Assembly: GCA_965235115.1 (NCBI GenBank) | Contig: OZ249440.1 | Location: forward strand, 32,924,001 to 32,988,000 | Length of the DNA stretch: 64,000 nucleotides | Direction: 5' to 3' | From: Laetmonice hystrix | Lineage: Eukaryota | Shown: positions 54,069 through 64,000 of the stretch, one piece after another | How the letters are laid out: each line of letters starts with the position of its first letter | Numbering within the stretch: the stretch's first letter is position 1 | Made by a program: the position numbers and the translations under genes | The notes under the pieces: model-generated | What the model was told of the DNA's origin: nothing | Seen by the model: only the letters and a program-made list of their open reading frames with translations | Database searches by the model: none

Positions 54069-57000
54069 ATCTCAGTCATTTTTTAAGATATCCAAATGAA
54101 ACTTGGAAGGGACATTCACCATGGTAGAGAGAATCGACCCATATAATTATTACGTCATATGACGTCACGTCATGACGTCATGACGTATTTTGCAATTTTA
54201 GACTTATAGGCATTTCTTGAAGCTATAATCCATAGTTTCCCAAAACCTTTCATAGCCTAATAATCGGGCATTGACCCTTTTTAGTAATCCTCATGATTTT
54301 GACCTTTGACCTTTGATGTCATGAAAAAGTAGGTCACACGTCCGAAAGTGCCCAAACTGCTACTGCTCCGCCATTTTTAGATAAAATCTGACAATTTTGG
54401 GTTGACAGGCTCTCTCCAGCCAGCTTTACTGGAAAACTTCACCACTAAGCGATCTGACCTATTTTGGCAGAACCACGTGACCTTGAAGTTGTTAAAATTC
54501 ACTATTGCAGATGCACATTGCTGTAACTCTAAAATAAAGCGAGATAGAGCCATGGTTACTATTAAAGTCATATAGGAAGTCATAGATGCTCTTTCAATTG
54601 ACACATATACCGATGACGTAGGTGACGTATTACGTCATAATGACGTCATAGATATACTATCTCAGTCATTTATAGAGATATCCATATGAAACTTGGCAGG
54701 GACATTCACCATGGTAGAGAGAATCGACCTATATAATTATTACGTCATATGACGTTACGTCATGACGTCATGACGTATTTTGCACTTTAGACTTATAGTC
54801 ATTTCTTAAAGCCATAATCCATAGTTTCCCAAAAGTTTCCATAGCCTAATAATCGGGCATAGACCCTTTTTAGTAATCCTCATGATTTTGACCTTTGACC
54901 TTTGATGTCATGAAAAAGTAGGTCACACATCTGAAAGTGGTTAAACCGCTACTGCTCCGCCATTTTTAGATAAAATCTGACAATTTTGGGTTGACAGGAT
55001 CTCTGTAGGCAGCTTTACTGGAAAACTTCACCAATAAGCGATTGACACATATACCGATGACGTAGGCTGACGTATTATGTCATAATGACGTCATAGATAG
55101 GCTATCTCAGTCATTTATAGAGATATCCAAATGAAACTTGGCAGGGACATTCACCATGGTAGAGAAAATCGACCCATCTAATTATTACGTCATATGACGT
55201 CACATCATGACGTCATGACGTAATTTGTATTTTAAACTTAGAAGCATTTCTTCAAACCATATTCCATAGTTTCCTAAAACTTTTCATAGAATAATAATCC
55301 TGCATAGACCCTGCTTACTTATGTCCATTATTTTGACCTATATCCTCTGACGTCATGTAAAAGTAGGTCACATGCTCCAAAGTGGTGAAATCGCTACTGC
55401 TCCACCATTTTTGGAGAAAATCAGACAATTTTTAGATGACAGACTTCCTGTGGGCAGCTTTACTGGAAAACTTCACTAATAAGCAATTTGACCTATTTTA
55501 GCAGAACTACGTGACCTTGAAGTTGTTAAAATTTACTATTGCAGATACACATTGCTGTAACTCTGAAACTAAGTGAGATAGAGCTATGGTTACTATTGAG
55601 GTCATATAGAAAGTCATACATGCTCCTTCGATTGACAGTAATACTGATGACGTAGGTAGACGTATTACGTCATAATGACGTCATTGATAGATCACCAATA
55701 TTATTTAAAGAGCTATAACTCTGAAACGTGGCCAGATACAGCTATGGTTACTATTGAAGCCTTATATTAAGTGACAGTGATTTTCGATTAACACCAATGT
55801 CGATAATGTAAAGACACATCTAACATCATAATGGGCCTCTCATTGTTCATTTATGGGGGATGGGATATAAGATGTTGGCCTTGGCCACATCGGCGCTAGT
55901 TATTCCCGTAGTAGTTGTAGTAGTTGCATTTGTGCGTCCATCTCAGTCATTTTTAAGGATATCCAAATGAAACTTGGCAGGGACATTCACCATGGTAGAG
56001 AGAATCGACCCATATAATTATTCCGTCATATGACGTCACGTCATGACGTCATGACGTATTTTGCATTTTAGACTTATAGGCATTTCCTGAAGCTATAATC
56101 CATAGTTTCCCAAAACCTTTCATAGCCTAGTAATCGGGCATTGACCCTTTTTAGTAATCCTCATGATTTTGACCTTTGACCTTTGATGTCATGAAAAAGT
56201 AGGTCACACGTCCGAAAGTGGCCAAACCGCTACTGCTCCGCCATTTTTAGATAAAATCTGACAATTTTGGGTTGACAGGCTCTCTCTAGCCAGCTTTACT
56301 GGAAAACTTCACCAATAAGCGATCTGACCTAATTTGGCAGAGCCACGTGACCTTGAAGTTGTTAAAATTCACTATTGCAGATGCACATTGCTGTAACTCT
56401 AAAATAAAGCGAGATAGAGCCATGGTTACTATTGAAGTCGTATAGGAAGTCATAGATGCTCTTTCAATTGACACATATACCGATGACGTAGGGTGACGTA
56501 TTACGTCATAATGACGTCATAGATATACTATCTCAGTCATTTATAGAGATATCGATATGAAACTTGGCAGGGACATTCACCATGGTAGAGAGAATCGACC
56601 TATATAATTAATACGTCATATGACGTTACGTCATGACGTCATGACGTATTTTGCATTTTAGACTTATAGTCATTTCTTGAAGCCATAATCCATAGTTTCC
56701 CAAAACTTTTCACAGCCTAATAATCGGGCATAGACCGTTTTTAGTAGTCCTTATGATTTTGACCTTTGACCTTTGATGTCATGGAAAAGTAGGTCACACA
56801 TCCGAAAGTGGTCAAACCGCTACTGCTCCGCCATTTTTAAATAAAATCTGACAATTTTGGGTTGACAGGATCTCTGTAGGCGGCTTTACTGGAAAACTTC
56901 ACCAATAAGCGATTTGACCTGTTTTGGCAAAAACACGTGACCTTGAATTTGTGAAAATTCACTATTGCAGATGCACATTGCTGTAACTCTAAAATAAAGC

Positions 57001-60000
57001 CAGATAGAGCCATGGTTACTATTGAGGTCATATAGGAAGTCATAGATGCTCTTTCAATTGACACATATACCGATGACGTAGGCTGACGTATTACGTCATA
57101 ATGACGTCATAGATACGCTATCTCAGTCATTTATAGAGATATCCAAATGAATCTTGGCAGGGACATTCACCAGGGTAGAGAAAACCGACCCATATAATCA
57201 TTACGTCATATGACGTCACCTCATGACGTCATGACGTAATTTGTATTTTAAACTTAGAGGCATTTCTTCAAACCATATTCCATAGTTTCCTAAAACTTTT
57301 CATAGAATAATAATCCTGCATAGACCCTGCTTACTTATGTCCATTATTTTGACCTATATCCTCTGACGTCATGTAAAAGTAGGTCACATGCTCCAAAGTG
57401 GTGAAATCGCTACTGCTCCACCATTTTTGGAGAAAATCAGACAATTTTTAGATGACAGGCTTCCTGTGGGCAGCTTTACTGGAAAACTTCACTAATAAGC
57501 AATTTGACCTATTTTAGCAGAACTACGTGACCTTGAAGTTGTTAAAATTGACTATTGCAGATACACATTGCTGTAACTCTGAAACTAAGTGAGATAGAGC
57601 TATGGTTACTATTTAGGTCATATAGAAAGTCATAGATGCTCCTTCGATTGACAGTAATACTGATGACGTAGGTAGACGTATTACGTCATAATGACGTCAT
57701 TGATAGATCACCAATATTATTTAAACAGCTATAACTCTGAAACGTGGCCAGAGAGATCTATGGTTACTATTGAAGCCTTATATTAGGTGACAGTGATTTT
57801 CGATTAACTCCAATATCGATAATGTAAAGACACATCTAACATCATAATGGGCCTCTCATTGTTCATTTATGGGGGATGGGATATAAGATGTTGGCCTTGG
57901 CCACATCGGCGCTAGTTCCCGTAGTAGTAGTAGTTGTAGTAGTTGCATTTGTGCGTCCATCTCAGTCATTTTTAACGATATCCAAATGAAACTTGGCAGA
58001 GACATTCACCATGGTAGAGAGAATCGACCCATATAATTATTACGTCATATGACGTCACGTCATGACGTCATGACGTATTTTGCATTTTAAACTTATAGGC
58101 ATTTCTTGAAGCTATAATCCATAGTTTCCCAAAACCTTTCATAGCCTAGTAATCGGGCATTGACCCTTTTTAGTAATCCTTATGATTTTGACCTTTGACC
58201 TTTAATGTCATGAAAAAGTAGGTCACACGTCCGAAAGTGGCCAAACCGCTACTGCTCCGCCATTTTTAGATAAAATCTGACAATTTTGGGTTGACAGGCT
58301 CTCTCTAGCCAGCTTTACTGGAAAACTTCACCAATAAGCGATCTGACCTAATTTGGCAGAACCACGTGACCTTGAAGTTGTTAAAATTCACTATTGCAGA
58401 TGCACATTGCTGTAACTCTAAAATAAAGCGAGATAGAGCCATGGTTACTATTGAAGTCGTATAGGAAGTCATAGATGCTCTTTCAATTGACACATATACC
58501 GATGACGTAGGGTGACGTATTACGTCATAATGACGTCATAGATATACTATCTCAGTCATTTATAGAGATATCCATATGAAACTTGGCAGGGACATTCACC
58601 ATGGTAGAGAGAATCGACCCATATAATTATTACGTCATATGACGTTACGTCATGACGTCATGACGTATTTTGCATTTTAGACTTATAGTCATTTCTTGAA
58701 GCCATAATCCATAGTTTCCCTAACTTTTCATAGCCTAATAATCGGGCATAGACCCTTTCTAGTAGTCCTCATGATTTTGACCTTTGACCTTTGATGTCAT
58801 GGAAAAGTAGGTCACACATCCGAAAGTGGTCAAACCGCTACTGCTCCGCCATTTTTAGATAAAATCTGACAATTTTGGGTTGACAGGCTCTCTCTAGCCA
58901 GCTTTACTGGAAAACTTCACCAATAAGCGATCTGACCTAATTTGGCAGAACCACGTGACCTTGAAGTTGTTAAAATTCACTATTGCAGATGCACATTGCT
59001 GTAACTCTAAAATAAAGCGAGATAGAGCCATGGTTACTATTGAAGTCGTATAGGAAGTCATAGATGCTCTTTCAATTGACACATATACCGATGACGTAGG
59101 GTGACGTATTACGTCATAATGACGTCATAGATATACTATCTCAGTCATTTATAGAGATATCCATATGAAACTTAGCAGGGACATTCACCATGGTAGAGAG
59201 AATCGACCCATATAATTATTACGTCATATGACGTTACGTCATGACGTCATGACGTATTTTGCATTTTAGACTTATAGTCATTTCTTGAAGCCATAATCCA
59301 TAGTTTCCCAAAACTTTTCATAGCCTAATAATCGGGCATAGACCCTTTTTAGTAGTCCTCATGATTTTGACCTTTGACCTTTGATGTCATGGAAAAGTAG
59401 GTCACACATCCGAAAGTGGTCAAACCGCTACTGCTCCGCCATTTTTAAATAAAATCTGACAATTTTGGGTTGACAGGATCTCTGTAGGCGGCTTAACTGG
59501 AAAACTTCACCAATAAGCGATTTGACCTGTTTTGGCAGAAACACGTGACCTTGAATTGGTTAAAATTCACTATTGCAGATGCACATTGCTGTAACTCTAA
59601 AATAAAGCCAGATAGAGCCATGGTTACTATTGATTTCATATAGGAAGTCATAGATGCTCTTTCAATTGACACATATACCGATGACGTAGGCTGACGTATT
59701 ACGTCATAATGACGTCATAGATACGCTATCTCAGTCATTTATAGAGATATCCAAATGAATCTTGGCAGGGACATTCACCAGGGTAGGGAAAACCGACCCA
59801 TATAATTATTACGTCATATGACGTCACCTCATGACATCAAGACGTAATTTGTATTTTAAACTTAGAGGCATTTCTTCAAACCATATTCCATAGTTTCCTA
59901 AAACTTTTCATAGAATAATAATCCTGCATAGACCCTGCTTACTTATGTCCATTATTTTGACCTATATCCTCTGACGTCATGTAAAAGTAGGTCACATGCT

Positions 60001-61620
60001 CCAAAGTGGTGAAATCGCTACTGCTCCACCATTTTTGGAGAAAATAAGACAATTTTTAGATGACAGGCTTCCTGTGGGCAGTTTTACTGGAAAACTTCAC
60101 TAATAAGCAATTTGACCTATTTTAGCAGAACTACGTGACCTTGAAGTTGTTAAAATTGACTATTGCAGATACACATTGCTGTAACTCTGAAACTAAGTGA
60201 GATAGAGCTATGGTTACTATTGAGGTCATATAGAAAGTCATAGATGCTCCTTCGATTGACAGTAATACTGATGACGTAGGTAGACGTATTACGTCATAGG
60301 TCACATGCTCTAAAGTGGTGAAGTCGCTACTGCTCCGCCATTTTCAGAGAAAATCTGAGAATTTTTGGTTAACAGATCTTCTGTAGGAATCTTTACTGGA
60401 AAACTTCACCAATAAGAAATTTGACCTATTTTAGCAGAACTACATGACCTTGAAATTGTTAAAATTGACTATTGCAGATACACATTGCTGTAACTCTGAA
60501 ACTAAGCGAGATAGAGCTATGGTTACTATTGAGGTCATATAGTAAATCTGACAATTTTTAGATGACAGGCTTCCTGTGGGCAGCTTTACTGGAAAACTTC
60601 ACTAATAAGCAATTTGACCTATTTTAGCAGAACTACGTGACCTTGAAGTTGTTAAAATTGACTATTGCAGATACAAATTGCTGTAACTCTGAAACTAAGT
60701 GAGATAGAGCTATGGTTACTATTGAGGTCATATAGAAAGTCATAGATGCTCCTTCGATTGACAGTAATACTGATGACGTAGGTAGACGTATTACGTCATA
60801 GGTCACATGCTCTAAAGTGGTGAAGTCGCTACTGCTCCGCCATTTTTAGAGAAAATCTGACAATTTTTGGTTGACAGATCTTCTGTAGGAATCTTTACTG
60901 GAAAACTTCACCAATAAGAAATTTGACCTATTTTAGCAGAACCACGTGACCTTGAATTTGTTAAAATTGACTATTGCAGATACACATTGCTGTAACTCTA
61001 AAACAAAGCGAGATGAAGTCATGGTTACTATTGAGGTCATATAGGAAGTCATAGATGCTCTTTCGATTGACACCAATACCGATGATGTAGGGTGACATAT
61101 TACGTCACAATGACGTCATAGATATACTATCGCAGTCATTTATAGAGATATCCAAATGAAAGTTATCAGGGACATTCACCCATTTTTAAGGCATTTCTTG
61201 AAGCTATAATACATAGTTTCCCAAATCTTTTCATAGCCTAATAATCGGGTATTGACCCTTTTTAGTAATCTTCATTATATTGACCTTTGACTTTTGATGT
61301 CATGGAAATGTAGGTCACATGCCCCAAAGTAGTCAAATCTCTACTGCTCCGCCAATTTTTGGATGATAGACTTTCTGCAGGCCGCTGCCCAGGAAAACTT
61401 CACCAATAATCAATTAGACCTATTTTAGCAGAACCACGTGACCTTGAAGTTGTTAAAATTGACTATTGGCGATACACATTGCTGTAACTCTAAAATGAAG
61501 CGAGATAGAGTCATGGTTACTATTGAGATCATATAGGAAGTCATAGATGCTCTTTCGATTGACACCAATGCCGATGACATAAAGTGACGTATTACGTCAT
61601 AATGACGTCACTGATAGACA
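54069..61620. repeat. ~590-bp tandem units making up bodies 7-9
   Basis: The ATCTCAGTCATTT...GATATCCA unit recurs; identical spurious ORFs at 58305 and 58894 give a period of 589. Confidence 0.9.
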
Positions 61621-63023
61621 CCAATATTATTTATACAGCTATAACTCTTAAACGGGGCCACATAGAGCTATTGTTACTATTGCAGCCATATAGTAAGTCA
61701 TAGACCTCTACATGCTCTTTCAAAAGACACCACGACTGGTGACGTACCTACGTACCTCATAGTGACGTCATTGATATATCACCAATATTATTTAAACATC
61801 CATAACTCCTAAACGGGACTTGATAGAGTTATAGGGTCTATGGTTAGATCTATACTATTGAAGCCATATCGGAAGTCATACATGCTCTTTCTATTGACAC
61901 CAATAGGCTACCGTTGACGTAGGGTGACGTATTACGTCGTAATGATGTCATTGATAAATAAGCAATATGATTTAAAGAGCTAGACTCTATAAGTCCTAAA
62001 CGGGGCCACATAGAGCCATGGTTACTATTGGAGCCATATAGGAATAGGCCTATATGATCTTTCAAAGGACACCAATATCGATGATGTAGGCTGACGTTTT
62101 ACGTCGTAATGATGTCATTGATTAATAAGCAATATGATTTAAAGAGCTATAGGGGCCTAACTCCTAAACGGGGCCAGATAGAGCCATGGCTAGGCCTACT
62201 GTTGGAGCCATAGGGCCTATAGGAATAGATCTATATTATTTAAGCATTCTGAAATGCGGTCATATCGACCTATGCCCATGCCATGGTTACTATTGCAGCC
62301 ATACAGGAAGTCACATAGTACATAAATGCTCTTTCAAAAGATGTTTATCAAAACATTGCATCTTTTAATATTGAAATAATTAAAAACGAGTAGGCCTATG
62401 TTTCACCCATAGTATGCCTACGCTCTAGCCTACTTCAGCACAAGCCCTAGCGCCGACCTTTGCGCTCGTCCCCGCCAACTCTCCTTAGAGTTAGTGCAGG
62501 TAAGTTCCACCAGATGTCACAACTGGAGTCAGGTGCTGGAACACTGTTGCCACCAGGGGTCAGGCGTCGAGGCTACCGGCATTCCTGCTACCGGAAATCT
62601 GTAGTGTGTGGCCATTTGCACAACGTTGGGACGTGTATGATACACGTGTGTTGAGCCATCTGGATTGCCTACTCGCAGGATTCCCAGCACCGCTAGTAGC
62701 AGGTATGTATAGTATCAATACACAGTCAAGAACCCAGAGATAGGCTTAAGTGCAAGTTACACTTAGTTCTAGACAGCTCACTGAGTGAATGATGTTTGTA
62801 CCGTTCGTCAGCAACGACATGTCGGTTGACCGACTGAGATGGCTGACGTCAGCTACTGCCTCTACTACTACGTCACAATAGGGAGCCAAAGTCTCGGACA
62901 TGCGCAGTCGCTGGTGTCAGTTCTAAGGGCAAAGATTTCACATGCATAGAAAACTAAGTAAAATCGTGAAAACGCGGAAATGATCATAGCAGTTACATGA
63001 AAGAAGGTCTTAAGATTCACCTT

Positions 63024-63209
63024 CAGGGGTGTAGCCAGGATGGGGGGCCAAAGGGGGCCTCGCCCCCCCCCCCCACCCACCCAGGTTTACACCAGTAAAG
63101 ATTGAATTTTCAATGATAAAATGGACACGTGTGCAGTTTCAGCTCGTCGCGGATATCAGCCCCCCCCACCCCCCCCCCCCCCCCTCAGAAAATCCTGACT
63201 ACACCCCTG
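63024..63209. mobile_element. 186-bp hAT-like MITE with 5-bp TSD
   Basis: TIR CAGGGGTGTAGCCAGGAT / ATCCTGACTACACCCCTG; ACCTT on both flanks (63019-63023, 63210-63214). Confidence 0.82.
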
Positions 63210-63440
63210 ACCTTGAATGGTTTTTGGAGCTTTTTTGCCCCGGACAAAGAAAAGAAATGATGCATGACGACGACGCAACGTTGCTATAGTGCTGTATTAT
63301 CGCCCATCCGGCAGTGCCCGGTTAACAGCTGAGCCTGAGGCAGGAGTCGTCGTAGCCTACCCGTACGTTCATAGATTATTGACACTAACGTGAGCCTAGT
63401 GCTGTTTAGGTCAAAATAAATGCAATACAATATTCTATGA

Positions 63441-63575
63441 CAGGGTGTGCAGCAACTTGAAAAGTGCTTGGATTTTCAGGCCTGGCTTGAAAAGTACTTG
63501 AATTTTGACAGGGTCTTGAAAACTAAATAAAAACCTTGAAAAGTGCTTGAATTCCTGTATTTTATCCTTGAATTT
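63441..63575. mobile_element. One end of a CAGGG-type MITE with TTGAAAAGT(G/A)CTTG subterminal repeats
   Basis: CAGGGTG start followed by 3-4 copies of CTTGAAAAGTGCTTG; no partner end was seen. Confidence 0.45.
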
Positions 63576-63621
63576 GGTGGGAGGGAAGCAGTAACGAAAT
63601 CGGGGCATGATATAGTCTTAA

Positions 63622-63862
63622 AGGTACGCTGTATTGAATTCGGTTTCTGCGTGGGACTGCAGCGATGGCCCAGTGTCGCGTGCCCGTTCTGGGAATTGAA
63701 CGCCCTGTTCCCACGACCGGTCGCAGCCCACGGTACAGCGGTGAGTCCCCCAGTAGCTGTATGCTTGGTCAGGGAACAGAGCGTTCAATTTTTAGAACGG
63801 GTACGTGACGCTGGGCCATCGCTGCAGTCCGATGCGGAAACCGAATTCAATAGAGCGTCGCT
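63622..63862. mobile_element. 241-bp Kolobok-like MITE
   Basis: TTAA TSD, AG...CT termini, and a ~29-bp imperfect TIR AGGTACGCTGTATTGAATTCGGTTTCTGC / GCGGAAACCGAATTCAATAGAGCGTCGCT. Confidence 0.85.
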
Positions 63863-64000
63863 TTAAATTCTTAGGGAATTTGACTGCTCGCAACTGCCGT
63901 CGGCTATTCTCCGTCATTTTATTTTTGCACAAAAAGTATTGCATGAACAAGAAACATATCTGCGGTGACTAAAGTCAAATACAGTCCTATTAATTGACCA

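Larger units (their letters stand above)
38428..62345 (+). mobile_element. Nested cluster of non-autonomous Helentron/HINE (DINE-1-like) elements: 9 heads and 9 bodies
   Basis: Heads are the hairpin ATCCCATCCCC..GGGGATGGGAT + ...GGTTTCGTCTTC + (TTA)n. Bodies are a (GTA/GTT)n microsatellite, internal tandem repeats, a subterminal GGGGATGGGAT, a short hairpin and CTAG|TT. Ends lie at 42204, 43934, 46539, 50065, 52589, 54019, 55899 and 57915; the last body lacks its end. Confidence 0.85.

Noticed and set aside
39323..59082. Recurrent 60-95 aa ORFs (MRGHNMKT..., MSIERASMTS..., MTFDLRENW...)
   Set aside because: They are by-products of satellite units; stop positions vary among copies and no domain motif is recognisable.
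62400..62780. GC-richer stretch that might be a host exon
   Set aside because: No convincing open frame bounded by splice sites and no recognisable motif.

Overview
This is eukaryotic, apparently marine-invertebrate-like DNA made almost entirely of transposons. No intact host gene is evident, and most short ORFs in the track are shadows or repeat artefacts. 1-16.5 kb: a decayed, intron-containing Sola2-like DNA transposon with a 30-bp coding minisatellite and two Tudor-like C-terminal modules. It is interrupted by a 5'-truncated LINE and by a BEL/Pao LTR retrotransposon (931-bp LTRs, GGTAG TSD) that itself carries a MITE. 16.5-23 kb: nested MITEs, including a 4.1-kb Harbinger-like relic that contains an AcademH-like element. 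23.2-28.4 kb: a degenerate Gypsy element (190-bp LTRs, CCCAC TSD). 29.5-37.8 kb: a 5'-truncated Gypsy element with an extra zinc-finger/Glu-rich ORF after pol. 38.4-62.3 kb: the most striking feature, a 24-kb block of non-autonomous Helentron/HINE-like elements. Nine ~60-bp 5' hairpin 'heads' and nine satellite-bearing 'bodies' are ordered like nested parentheses, suggesting the family repeatedly inserts into the (TTA)n tract behind its own 5' head. More MITEs follow at 63-64 kb. Superfamily names rest on recalled motifs and terminal/TSD signatures, not on database searches.
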